From contig JAJPHD010000018.1 of assembly GCA_021325455.1 (NCBI GenBank), positions 103,838 through 167,837 of the forward strand: DNA of 64,000 bases. The letters run 5' to 3'. This document shows positions 22,921-32,695 of the stretch, piece after piece. Below the pieces are notes generated by a model. That model worked only from the letters and a program-made list of their open reading frames with translations. It ran no database searches and was not told the DNA's origin. The translations under genes were made by a program, and so were the position numbers. This stretch comes from Actinomycetota bacterium (GTDB lineage Bacteria; Actinomycetota; Acidimicrobiia; Acidimicrobiales; JAJPHD01). Each line of letters begins with the position of its first letter. Position 1 is the first letter of the stretch.

Positions 22921-24540
22921 ATGGACGGCCTGATGCAGGACTATCCGCTGACCGTGCCCATGATGTTCCGCCGGGCCGAGCGGCTCTTCGGGGCCAAGAA
23001 GATCGTCTCGGCCACCCATTCGGGCTTGGAGCGCACCACCCTGAGTGCATGGGCCGAGCGGGTGCGGCGCCTGGGGGGCGCCCTCGAGGACCTGGGCCTC
23101 TCCTCCGATGCCAGGGTCGGGACCTTCGCTTGGAACAGCGCCAGGCACCTCGAGTGCTACTTCGCCGTGCCCGGGACGGGGCGGGTCCTGCACACCCTGA
23201 ACGTCCGGCTCTTCGCCGACCAGCTCGTCTACATCGCCAACCATGCCCAGGACGAGGTGATCTTCGTCGATCGGTCCCTCCTCGCCCTGCTGTGGCCCCT
23301 GATGCCCGAGCTGAAATCGGTCCGCCATGTGGTTGTGATGGACGACGGGGCCGGCGAGATACCCGACGACCCCCGTGTCCTCGACTACGAGGAGCTGCTC
23401 GCCGGGGCCGAACCGGCTGACCTGCGCGTGGCGGACGAGGATCGGGCGGCAGCCATGTGCTACACGTCGGGCACCACCGGCCACCCCAAGGGGGTGGTGT
23501 ACTCGCACCGCTCCACGGTGCTGCACTCGATGTGCGCCCTCATGGTCGACAGCCTCGGCATCTCGGAGTCCGACGTGGTCCTCCCGGTGGTGCCCATGTT
23601 CCATGCCAACGCCTGGGGGCTGGCCCACGCCGGTGTCTTTGCCGGGTCCTCGTTCGTCTTCCCCGGCCCCGACCTGTCGCCCGCCGCCATCGCCCGCCTG
23701 ATCGAGCAGGAGCGGGTGACGTTCGCCGCTGGGGTCCCCACCATATGGATGGGGGTGCTGGCCGAGGCCGACCACCACGACCTGACCAGCCTCCGCTGCA
23801 TCCCATGCGGGGGCTCTGCCGTCCCCAAGGCCCTTTCGGAAGGGTTCAGGGAGAAGGTGGGCGTCCCCCTCCTGCAGGCTTGGGGCATGACCGAGACCCA
23901 CCCCATCGCCTCGGTGGCCCGTGTCTCCTCCGAGCGGGCTGGCCGGGGGGAGGAGGAGCTGGCCGAGGTCAGGGCCACCCAGGGCATCATGGTCCCGGGC
24001 ATAGAGTTGCGCATAGTGGAGCCGGGCACCGAAGAGGAGCTGCCCTGGGACGGCAGGTCCCGGGGCGAGCTTCAAGCGGTGGGCCCCTGGGTGGCCCGCG
24101 ACTACTACGACGACCCTCGTTCGGGGGAGTCCTTCACATCCGACGGCTGGTTGCGGACGGGGGACGTCGCCACCATCTCGCCCGACGGCTACATCCATCT
24201 GGTCGACAGGACCAAGGACCTCATCAAGTCGGGAGGGGAGTGGATCTCCTCCGTCGCCCTGGAGAACGAGCTCATGGCTCATCCCAAGGTGGCCGAGGCG
24301 GCGGTGATCGCCGTGCCCCATGAGCGCTGGCAGGAGCGGCCCCTGGCCTGCGTGGTGGTGAAGGCCGGGGAGACCCTCACCAGGGAGGAGGTCCTCTCCT
24401 TCCTGGACGGAAGGGTCGCCAAGTGGTGGATCCCCGACGACGTGGCCTTCATCGACGAGGTGCCCAAGACCTCCACCGGCAAGTTCTCCAAGAAGGAGCT
24501 GCGGGACCGGTTCGCCGGCCACCGGGCCGGGAGCGACTAG
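22921..24540 (+). CDS. Fatty-acid--CoA ligase (AMP-binding/ANL superfamily)
   Basis: AAGGAGA lies 4 nt before ATG 22921 (the alternative ATG 22900 lacks an SD). Motifs YTSGTTGHPKGV, GWLRTGD, and C-terminal PKTSTGKFSKK. Confidence 0.85.
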   Translation: MDGLMQDYPLTVPMMFRRAERLFGAKKIVSATHSGLERTTLSAWAERVRRLGGALEDLGLSSDARVGTFAWNSARHLECYFAVPGTGRVLHTLNVRLFADQLVYIANHAQDEVIFVDRSLLALLWPLMPELKSVRHVVVMDDGAGEIPDDPRVLDYEELLAGAEPADLRVADEDRAAAMCYTSGTTGHPKGVVYSHRSTVLHSMCALMVDSLGISESDVVLPVVPMFHANAWGLAHAGVFAGSSFVFPGPDLSPAAIARLIEQERVTFAAGVPTIWMGVLAEADHHDLTSLRCIPCGGSAVPKALSEGFREKVGVPLLQAWGMTETHPIASVARVSSERAGRGEEELAEVRATQGIMVPGIELRIVEPGTEEELPWDGRSRGELQAVGPWVARDYYDDPRSGESFTSDGWLRTGDVATISPDGYIHLVDRTKDLIKSGGEWISSVALENELMAHPKVAEAAVIAVPHERWQERPLACVVVKAGETLTREEVLSFLDGRVAKWWIPDDVAFIDEVPKTSTGKFSKKELRDRFAGHRAGSD

Positions 24541-24551
24541 GGTCCAAACAC

Positions 24552-27500
24552 GTGTTCCCGGCCAGCTTCCACCCCGCCGTGCGGGAGTGGTTCCGTGCCC
24601 GGTTCCCTGACGGGCCCACGCCGGCCCAGGAGCGCGGTTGGCCGGCCATAGCCTCGGGCCGGAACACCCTCATCGGTGCCCCCACCGGGTCGGGCAAGAC
24701 CCTGGCTGGCTTCCTCGTCGCCATCGACTCCCTCTACCGGGCGGCAGCCGGCGGGGAGGAGGTGGAGGGGGCTACCCAGGTGGTCTATGTGTCCCCGTTG
24801 AAGGCCCTGGCCGTGGACATCCGGGAGAACCTGGAGACGCCCCTGCGTGAGATCGCCCGGACCGCTGCGGCCATGGGACTGCCGGCACCGGACCTGCGGG
24901 TCGAGGTGCGCAACGGCGACACATCCCCCTCGGCCCGCAGCGCCATGCTGCGCCACCCGCCCAACTTCCTCGTCACCACGCCCGAGTCGCTCTACTTGAT
25001 GGTCACGGCCGAGCGGAGCCGGGCCCTGCTCGCCTCGGTGAGGACGGTCATCGTGGACGAGATCCACGCCGTGGCCCGGGACAAGCGGGGCTCGCACCTC
25101 GCCCTCACCCTGGAGCGCCTGTCCGAGCTGTGCACCTGCCCGCCCCAGAGAATCGGCCTCTCGGCCACCCAGCGGCCCATGGAGACGGTGGCCGGGCTGC
25201 TCACCGGAGCCGGCGTCGGGTGCACCATCGTCGACGTGGGCCACGAGCGCCACCTGGACGTGGCCATCGAGGTCCCGGCCGGAGAGCTGGAGGCGGTGGC
25301 CTCGGCCGAGCAGATGGCCGAGGTGCTCGACCGCATCGCTGCCCTGGTCCAGGCCCACCGCACCACGATCGTGTTCGTCAACACGAGGAGGCTGGCCGAG
25401 CGGTTGGCCCATCAGCTGGGGGAGCACCTGGAGGAGGCAAGGGTGGCTTCCCACCATGGGAGCCTCTCCAAGGAGCGGCGCCTGCGGGTCGAGGCCCAGC
25501 TCCGGGCGGGGGAGCTCCAGGCCCTGGTGGCCACCGCCTCCCTCGAGCTGGGCATCGACATAGGACCGGTCGACCTGGTCTGCCAGATCGGCACCCCCCG
25601 GAGCCTGTCCACCTTCCTCCAGCGGGTGGGCCGCTCGGGCCACAGCCGGGGAGGCACACCCAAGGGGCGCCTGTTCCCGCTCACCAGGGACGAGCTGGTG
25701 GAGTGCGCCGCCCTCCTGGCGGGAGTCCGGGCAGGGAGGCTGGACGCCATCCACCCACCCAGAGCCCCCCTTGACATCCTGGCCCAGCACGTGGTGGCCG
25801 AGTGCTCGGCGAGGAGGTGGGGGGAGGACGACCTCTTCGCCCTGGTGCGCCGGGCCGCCCCCTACGCCGACCTGCCCCGATCGGACTTCGACGAGGTGGT
25901 GGCCCTGGTCTCCGAGGGGATCGATACCGGCCGGGGGAGGAGGGCTGCCTACCTGCACCGTGACAGGGTCAACGGGGAGCTGGCGGGGCGGCGGGGGGCC
26001 CGTCTGGCCGCCCTCACCTCGGGAGGGGCCATACCCGAGACGGGCGACTACCGGGTGGTGGCGGACCCCGACGACACCTTCGTGGGCACGGTCAACGAGG
26101 ACTGGGCCGTCGAGTCCATGGCGGGAGACGTGTTCCTCCTCGGCAGCACGTCATGGAGGATCCGCCGGGTGGAGCCGGGGACAGTGAGGGTGGTGGACGC
26201 CGGCGGGGCTCCCCCCTCAGTGCCGTTCTGGCTGGGCGAGGCACCGGCTCGCACCGCTGAGCTGTCGGAGGAGGTCTCCTCTCTGCGCCAGGGAGTGCAG
26301 GACCGCCTCGATGCTCCTGACGCCGCCCGGGCCTGGGTGTCAGAGCACTGCGGCCTGGACCGAGAGGTGGCCGACATGCTGGTGCGCTATCTCGCCGCCG
26401 GGCACGCCGCCCTCGGGTGCCTGCCCACCTTGTCCCACCTGGTCGTCGAGCGGTTCTTCGACGACTCGGGGGGCATGCAGCTGGTGGTGCACTCCCCCTA
26501 CGGTGGCCAGGTCAACCGGGCCCTTGGGCTGGCCCTGCGCAAGCGGTTCTGTGTCAGCTTCGACTTCGAGCTGCAGGCGGCGGCCAGTGACGACGCCGTC
26601 CTGCTCTCGCTCGGGCCCCAGCACAGCTTTCCCCTCGAGTCGGTCACCAGGTTCCTCTCGCCCACCACGGTGGAGGACGTCCTGCGCCAGGCTGCGCTGG
26701 CCTCGCCCATGTTCGCCGTGCGGTGGCGCTGGAACCTCAACCGGTCCCTGGCCGTCCTGCGCTTCCGCGGTGGCCGGCGCAACCCTCCTCCCGTACAGCG
26801 CATGGAGGCCGATGACCTGATGGCCGCCGTGTTCCCCGCACTGGCGGCCTGCCAGGAGAACGTCACCGGGCCCATCGAGATCCCGGACCACCCTCTGGTC
26901 CGCCAGACCATGCACGACTGCTTGAACGAGGCCATGGACGTGGAGGGTCTGCGAGCCCTGGTGGAGGCCCTGCGCTCGGGGACGGTGGGGGTGACCTGCC
27001 GCGACACCACCGAGCCCTCGCCGCTGGCCCACGAGATCATCAACGGCCGCCCCTACACCTTCCTGGACGACGCCCCCCTGGAGGAGCGCCGCAGCCGGGC
27101 CGTGGCGCTCCGCCGGGGGCTGCCCGTCGAGGGCCGGGACTTGGCCGTCTTGGACCCTGGCGCCATAGCCCGGGTGCGGGCCGAGGCGGCTGCCTCGCCA
27201 CGGGACGCCGACGAGCTTCACGACCTGCTCATGTCGTTGGTCGTGTGCCGGCCCCGGCAGGACTGGGTGGGCTGGTTCGGGGAGCTGGCGGGCCGGGGCA
27301 GGGCGCTCGAGCTGGCGGGCCCCCAGGGCCAGCTGTGGGTGGCGGCCGAAGGGCGGGACCGGGCCGAGTCGCTGCTCGGGGGAGGCCTCGGCTTCGAGGA
27401 GGCGGCGGTGGAGGCGGTACGGGGCCACCTGGAGGTCCAAGGGCCGGTGACCGTGGAGGGCCTCTCCTCGCTGGCGGCCCTGGGGCCGGGGGCCGTGGCC

Positions 27501-28751
27501 ATCGCCCTGGCCCGCCTGGAACAGGAAGGCTTCGCCCTGAGAGGACGCTTCGACCCGGCCCTGGGGGCAGAGCAGTGGTGCGCCCGCCGGCTGCTGGCCC
27601 GTATCCACTCCTATACCAAGGGCCGCCTGAGGCGGGAGATCGAGCCGGTGACGGCGCAGGACCTCATGCGGTTCCTGCTGCGCTGGCACCACGTCGCCTC
27701 CGGGACCCGGAGGGAGGGCCGGGCCGGGCTCCTGAGGGCCGTCGAGCAGCTCCAGGGCTTCGAGGTGCCGGCCGGCGCCTGGGAGCGGGCCGTTCTTCCG
27801 GCCCGGGTGGAGGGCTACCGACCCGAGTGGCTGGACCACCTTTGCGTGTCGGGGGAGCTGGCCTGGGGGCGCCTGGGGGTGAGGGAGGCCCCGGGGCCGG
27901 GCGCAGGGCAGGTGGTGCCCTCGTCGGCCACCACCTCGCGGGCCACGCCCGTGGCCCTGGTACTGCGGGGCGACCTGCCCTGGCTCCTTCAGGCCGCCCG
28001 CGGAGGGGCTCAGCCCGTGGAGCCCAGCGTGGGGGCGACCCGCGAGGTGCTGGACGCCCTGGGGGCCAGGGGGGCCCTCTTCGCAGCGGACCTGGCCGCC
28101 ATGACGAGGAGGCTGGAGACCGAGGTCGAGCGGGCCCTGTGGGACGGGGTGGCCAGAGGCCTGGTCACGGCCGACAGCTTTGCTGCCGTGCGCTCGCTGC
28201 TCGCCGGCCGCCAGTCCTGGTCGCAGCAGCGCTACCGGCGACGGGCCGGCCTGCGCCGGGGCGCAGGCGGGTCGTCAGGCAGCGGGGGTCGCTGGTCCCT
28301 CTTGCCCGGGGCCGGCCTGGTGGCCGACCGCGACGCCCTGGCCGAGGCGGTGGCCGAGCAGCTCTTGGCCCGCTGGGGAGTCGTGTTCCGGGACATGATG
28401 GCCCGCGAGACCCTGGCCCTCCCTTGGCGGGAGGTGCTCTGGGCCCTGCGGCGTATGGAAGCCCGGGGCACGGTGAGGGGTGGGCGCTTCGTCACCGGCT
28501 TCACGGGCGAGCAGTACGCCCTGCCGGAGGCTGTGGAGCAGCTGCGCGCCACCCGCCGGCGGCCCCGTGACGGCGAGGTGGTGCGGATCTCTGCCACCGA
28601 CCCCCTCAACCTGGTCGGGATACTGACTCCGGGCCCGAGGGTCCCGGCCGTGAGCACCAACTGGGTCACCTACCGGGACGGGCTGCCGGACGGGCCTGGC
28701 ACCTCGCCGGCGGTGGCCGGCACGGTCGAAGCCCTGGTCGGCGCCCGGTGA
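24552..28751 (+). CDS. lhr: Lhr-family ATP-dependent DNA helicase (large helicase-related, about 1399 aa)
   Basis: ORF 24423..28751 was trimmed to GTG 24552. Walker A GAPTGSGKTLAGF, DEIH box, helicase C motifs (HHGSLSKERR), and a long Lhr-type C-terminal extension. Confidence 0.9.
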   Translation: MFPASFHPAVREWFRARFPDGPTPAQERGWPAIASGRNTLIGAPTGSGKTLAGFLVAIDSLYRAAAGGEEVEGATQVVYVSPLKALAVDIRENLETPLREIARTAAAMGLPAPDLRVEVRNGDTSPSARSAMLRHPPNFLVTTPESLYLMVTAERSRALLASVRTVIVDEIHAVARDKRGSHLALTLERLSELCTCPPQRIGLSATQRPMETVAGLLTGAGVGCTIVDVGHERHLDVAIEVPAGELEAVASAEQMAEVLDRIAALVQAHRTTIVFVNTRRLAERLAHQLGEHLEEARVASHHGSLSKERRLRVEAQLRAGELQALVATASLELGIDIGPVDLVCQIGTPRSLSTFLQRVGRSGHSRGGTPKGRLFPLTRDELVECAALLAGVRAGRLDAIHPPRAPLDILAQHVVAECSARRWGEDDLFALVRRAAPYADLPRSDFDEVVALVSEGIDTGRGRRAAYLHRDRVNGELAGRRGARLAALTSGGAIPETGDYRVVADPDDTFVGTVNEDWAVESMAGDVFLLGSTSWRIRRVEPGTVRVVDAGGAPPSVPFWLGEAPARTAELSEEVSSLRQGVQDRLDAPDAARAWVSEHCGLDREVADMLVRYLAAGHAALGCLPTLSHLVVERFFDDSGGMQLVVHSPYGGQVNRALGLALRKRFCVSFDFELQAAASDDAVLLSLGPQHSFPLESVTRFLSPTTVEDVLRQAALASPMFAVRWRWNLNRSLAVLRFRGGRRNPPPVQRMEADDLMAAVFPALAACQENVTGPIEIPDHPLVRQTMHDCLNEAMDVEGLRALVEALRSGTVGVTCRDTTEPSPLAHEIINGRPYTFLDDAPLEERRSRAVALRRGLPVEGRDLAVLDPGAIARVRAEAAASPRDADELHDLLMSLVVCRPRQDWVGWFGELAGRGRALELAGPQGQLWVAAEGRDRAESLLGGGLGFEEAAVEAVRGHLEVQGPVTVEGLSSLAALGPGAVAIALARLEQEGFALRGRFDPALGAEQWCARRLLARIHSYTKGRLRREIEPVTAQDLMRFLLRWHHVASGTRREGRAGLLRAVEQLQGFEVPAGAWERAVLPARVEGYRPEWLDHLCVSGELAWGRLGVREAPGPGAGQVVPSSATTSRATPVALVLRGDLPWLLQAARGGAQPVEPSVGATREVLDALGARGALFAADLAAMTRRLETEVERALWDGVARGLVTADSFAAVRSLLAGRQSWSQQRYRRRAGLRRGAGGSSGSGGRWSLLPGAGLVADRDALAEAVAEQLLARWGVVFRDMMARETLALPWREVLWALRRMEARGTVRGGRFVTGFTGEQYALPEAVEQLRATRRRPRDGEVVRISATDPLNLVGILTPGPRVPAVSTNWVTYRDGLPDGPGTSPAVAGTVEALVGAR

Positions 28752-28831
28752 GGGATCCGGCGGGGCCGCGCCCGGTCTGGTACTGTCCCGCTTAGCCGCT
28801 CGGAGGGGCGACTGCGGAGAGGGAGGGGGCC

Positions 28832-29743
28832 ATGAGGGACCACTGGCGCCGGCTCGGCTTGGCGGCAGCAGGCGTGGTGACGGCCCTCAGCCTGGGGGCC
28901 GCTCCGGCGGGGGCCCAGGCCTCCCCCCACCATGCCACCAGCCCCACGGGAAACGACATCTCGTACCCCCAATGCACCAAGACCTTCCCGTCGGGGCAGG
29001 CCTTCGGGATCGTCGGGGTCAACGACGGCCGAGCCGGGACCCTCAACCCCTGTCTGGGGCCCTACTCAGGGGGCGGGCCGGGAACCAGCGAGCTGTACTG
29101 GGCTGCCACCACGTCCACGGGGCTGGCCAGCTCGGCCGGCGGGACCCAACCCTTGGTGGCCCTGTACGTGAACACGGCTGACCCCGGGAACACCTACAAC
29201 GGCCAGCCTGTAGCTGACTGGCCCACATCCAACTCGGGCGGGGGAGCCGACCCCTACGGGTCCTGCACGACCACCTCGGGGGGCCTGGGGGCCAACTCCT
29301 CGGCCTGTGCCTGGCAGTACGGGTGGAACCGCTCCTCCCAGGACGCCAACCAGTTCCTGGTGCCGGCCGCCCAGCAGCTTGGGACTTCGGCGGTGCCCAC
29401 CGACCCCGGCTCATACCGGTGGTGGCTGGACGTGGAGACGGCCAACACCTGGCAGACGGGGAGCGCGGGCCTCCAGATGAACGTGGCGGTCCTGCAGGGG
29501 ATGCTCGCCTACTTCCAGAGCGTGGGCAGCCCGCAGGTGGGGATCTACTCCACCTCGTCCTCGTGGGACACGATCACCGGTGGTGGGCAGGTGGAGACCC
29601 TCTCTGGGCTGCCGGACTGGCTCCCGGGGGCGAGGAGCCTGTCCGGCGCCGAGGCCAATTGCGCCATGGCCGGCTTCACCGGCCCCGTCCAGGTCACCCA
29701 GTGGACGTCGCGACAGCTCGATTACGACTTCGCCTGCGGCTGA
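28832..29743 (+). CDS. Secreted protein, GH25/DUF1906-like (Rv2525c-like glycoside-hydrolase-fold) candidate
   Basis: Signal peptide (LGLAAAGVVTALSLGAAPAGAQA). NDISYPQC..FGIVGVNDG and WWLDVE resemble GH25/DUF1906 TIM-barrel motifs. The assignment is tentative. Confidence 0.5.
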   Translation: MRDHWRRLGLAAAGVVTALSLGAAPAGAQASPHHATSPTGNDISYPQCTKTFPSGQAFGIVGVNDGRAGTLNPCLGPYSGGGPGTSELYWAATTSTGLASSAGGTQPLVALYVNTADPGNTYNGQPVADWPTSNSGGGADPYGSCTTTSGGLGANSSACAWQYGWNRSSQDANQFLVPAAQQLGTSAVPTDPGSYRWWLDVETANTWQTGSAGLQMNVAVLQGMLAYFQSVGSPQVGIYSTSSSWDTITGGGQVETLSGLPDWLPGARSLSGAEANCAMAGFTGPVQVTQWTSRQLDYDFACG

Positions 29744-29747
29744 CAGG

Positions 29748-31607
29748 CTACTTCTTCAGGTACCAGTACTCGGGATATATGTGGCCCGTGGAGTCCTGGG
29801 CCCCCACGCCCCCGAGGCGGGGGCTCAGCACCGAGATCTGGTAGTCCTGGTTGGGGAACCACAGCATGGGGACCTGCTTGGACAAGAAGTTCTCCCAGCG
29901 GAAGACGGCTGAGAGGCCGGGTGAGAACTGCATGGCCTGCCCGTTGGCGTCGTTGGTCTTGTTGCTGTAGCCGCTGGAGTTCGTGGCCCCGCCCGTCTGG
30001 AACAGCTCGTTCACCGGGTAGTAGATGGGCACGTAGGTCCAGGTCGGGGAGCCCCACCAGGCCAGCTGAGTGGAGCCAGCCGGGCAGGTCGTGAGGCTCT
30101 TGCCCAGGCACTCGTAGGCGTCGCTCAGGACCTGGTTGAAGGGAGCCGCCGTGGCCGTGACCTGGATACCGCCGGCCAGGAAGCTGGAGCGCAGAGCCTC
30201 GACCTCGGCCGAGTCGACCGCTGACCCGCTCGGGTAGTCGAGCTTGAAGGCCAGCTTGGCCCCGGCATGGATCCCTGCTCCGCACTGGGTGGAAGAGCTG
30301 CCCGGCCTCACGCAGGTGGCCACGCCGCCGGCTGGCACGTTCCAACCATGTGACCGGAGGAGGGATACGGCCTCCCGAGGGTTGTAGGGGTAGGGGTCGT
30401 GGCGTTCCTGTGGGCTGATGAAGCTGTTGGAGGGCTGGATCGGGATGGGGCCGTACGTGGGCACCCCATAGCCGTGGAGCACGGTGCGGATGATCTGGCT
30501 CTCGTCGATCAGGTGCTGGAAGGCCTGGCGGATGTACAGCTGGCGGAAGATCGGCCCCGTGTCGGGGTTGTTGAAGTTCATCTGTATGGCGGTGAAGCCC
30601 CAGTCCAGCCAGGGCTTGACGGCGTACCCCTGGGACTCCAGCCTCTTCACCTGCGAGGTGTCGGTGAAGGGCAGGTACCCGTAGTCCACCTGGCCGGCTA
30701 TCAAGGCGTTGAACTCGGCCGAGTCGCTGGTGAAGGGGATCTCCTCGAACTGCTTGAGCTTCGGCTTGTCCGGCCCGGAGTAGCGGGGGTTGGCGACGAA
30801 GATGGTCTGGCCGGTCACCTGGAACCCGGTCTTGGGCTTGAGCCGGTAGGGGCCGTCCACCACCTGCCAGAGGGGGTTCGTGTCCCAGGTCTTGAGCGAG
30901 AGCGACTCCTTGTTCAAGAACTTGTAGACGGCTCGGGCACCTGACTTGGTGAGGTCGTAGTTACCGACGGGGCCGGAAGCGGAGGTCTTGTCCCACGCGT
31001 GCTGGGGGATGGGGGTGATCTGGGAGAGCCCGCTCTCGAGCAGGTAGTCGTAGTTGAAGGAGGTGTTGAACGTGATGCTGAACTCGTACTTGCTCGGGTA
31101 GGACATCTTCACGATGTGCGTGCTCCAGTCCCCCGGGGCAGCGATCCCCCAGTCCACCCGGTTGGCAAGGAGCAGGTTCATCCAGAACTGGACGTCCCTC
31201 GTGGTCACAGGCCGCCCGTCAGACCAGATGTAGTGGCGCAGGCGGATGGTCACGGTCTTGCCGCCGTTGGACAGCTTGGGAGGGTAGGCCAGGCTGAGCT
31301 GGTAGTCGACCGTGGGCTGGGCGCTGTTCGGGTGGCCGAACCAGTAGAGCGGCCTCCACATGAGGGGCTGCAGGTAGGTGATGTTGTTGTTCCCCGAGTT
31401 CGCTCCGTTGTACAGGGGGAATATGTAGGTGGGTGGGGAGCCGGGGGCCTCGGCGAAGGTGACCATCTGGGAGCTGGTGGCCGAGGAGGATCCCTTGGCG
31501 CTCTGGGAGGATCGGGTGCCGCTGTGGGAGGAAGAGCCACCGCCGCAGGCGCTCAGCACCAGGGCGAGAGTGGACACCCCCAGCGCCAGCAGACGACCTT
31601 TTCTCAT
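29748..31607 (-). CDS. ABC transporter substrate-binding lipoprotein, family 5 (peptide/nickel type), orphan
   Basis: ATG 31607 is preceded by GGAGG 9 nt upstream. Lipoprotein signal LALVLSACGG. The sequence is a long SBP_bac_5-like protein. No permease or ATPase genes are adjacent. Confidence 0.85.
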   Translation of the reverse strand: MRKGRLLALGVSTLALVLSACGGGSSSHSGTRSSQSAKGSSSATSSQMVTFAEAPGSPPTYIFPLYNGANSGNNNITYLQPLMWRPLYWFGHPNSAQPTVDYQLSLAYPPKLSNGGKTVTIRLRHYIWSDGRPVTTRDVQFWMNLLLANRVDWGIAAPGDWSTHIVKMSYPSKYEFSITFNTSFNYDYLLESGLSQITPIPQHAWDKTSASGPVGNYDLTKSGARAVYKFLNKESLSLKTWDTNPLWQVVDGPYRLKPKTGFQVTGQTIFVANPRYSGPDKPKLKQFEEIPFTSDSAEFNALIAGQVDYGYLPFTDTSQVKRLESQGYAVKPWLDWGFTAIQMNFNNPDTGPIFRQLYIRQAFQHLIDESQIIRTVLHGYGVPTYGPIPIQPSNSFISPQERHDPYPYNPREAVSLLRSHGWNVPAGGVATCVRPGSSSTQCGAGIHAGAKLAFKLDYPSGSAVDSAEVEALRSSFLAGGIQVTATAAPFNQVLSDAYECLGKSLTTCPAGSTQLAWWGSPTWTYVPIYYPVNELFQTGGATNSSGYSNKTNDANGQAMQFSPGLSAVFRWENFLSKQVPMLWFPNQDYQISVLSPRLGGVGAQDSTGHIYPEYWYLKK

Positions 31608-31691
31608 GGGTACGGCCTCCATGCAGTTGTCAGGACGCCCGGCATGGTAGGCCAAGGCGCCCCGCTCCGGTGGGCACGGCGGCTTTCTCGC

Positions 31692-32591
31692 TCAGTAGTA
31701 GCGGGGAAAAGCCGACCAGTCCGGCCTTCTCTTTTCCAGGAAGGCGTCCCTGCCCTCAACCGCCTCATCGGTCATGTAAGCCAGGCGGGTGGCCTCGCCG
31801 GCGAAGAGCTGCTGGCCGACCAGCCCGTCGTCGACCAGGTTGAAGGCGAACTTGAGCATGCGCTGGGACGTAGGGCTCTTGGAGTTGACCTCTGCGGCCC
31901 ACTCCAGGGCGACCCTCTCCAGGTCGGCGTGGGGGACGACGGCGTTCACCATGCCCATGCGGTAGGCCTCCTCGGCGCTGTAGGTGCGGCCCAAGAAGAA
32001 CACCTCGCGGGCCCTCTTCTGGCCCACCATCCGGGCCAGGTAGGCGGAGCCGAACCCTCCGTCGAAGCTGGCCACGTCGGCATCGGTCTGCTTGAAGCGG
32101 GCATGCTCGGCGCTGGCCAGGGTCAGGTCGCACACCACGTGCAGGCTGTGGCCCCCCCCGGCCGCCCATCCAGGCACCACGCAGATCACCACCTTGGGCA
32201 TGAACCGGATGAGGCGCTGCACCTCCAGGATGTGCAGGCGCCCGGCCCGGGCGGGGTCGATGGTGCCGGGCGTGTCGCCCTGGGCGTAGCGGTAGCCGTC
32301 AGGGCCTCTCACCCTCTGGTCACCCCCGGAGCAGAAGGCCCATCCGCCGTCCCTCGGCGACGGCCCGTTGCCCGTGAGGAGCACGCAGCCCACGTCGGGA
32401 CTGGTCCTGGCGTGGTCCAGGGCCTGGTACAGCTCGTCCACGGTCCGGGGACGGAAGGCGTTGCGGACCTCGGGGCGGTCGAAGGCCACCCTCACCGTTG
32501 GCTGCTCAGTGGCCCGGTGATAGGTGATGTCCTCGAACCTGAAGCCCTCCACGGGCCGCCAGGAGTCGGGGTCGAACAGCTCCGAGATCAT
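31692..32591 (-). CDS. menB: 1,4-dihydroxy-2-naphthoyl-CoA synthase
   Basis: AAGGAGG precedes ATG 32591. MenB-specific crotonase sequence: FEDITYH, CSGGDQRVRG, LEVQRLIRFMPKVVI, and C-terminal RRPDWSAFPRYY. Confidence 0.9.
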   Translation of the reverse strand: MISELFDPDSWRPVEGFRFEDITYHRATEQPTVRVAFDRPEVRNAFRPRTVDELYQALDHARTSPDVGCVLLTGNGPSPRDGGWAFCSGGDQRVRGPDGYRYAQGDTPGTIDPARAGRLHILEVQRLIRFMPKVVICVVPGWAAGGGHSLHVVCDLTLASAEHARFKQTDADVASFDGGFGSAYLARMVGQKRAREVFFLGRTYSAEEAYRMGMVNAVVPHADLERVALEWAAEVNSKSPTSQRMLKFAFNLVDDGLVGQQLFAGEATRLAYMTDEAVEGRDAFLEKRRPDWSAFPRYY

Positions 32592-32695
32592 GGTGCCCTC
32601 CTTGGACGCTGGCCGGGGGGGAGGATAAAGGGGGAGGGAGAGGGCTCGCTCTCCCGCCGGCCAGGGGTGGCTCTGCCGCTACGGTCAATGACGCC

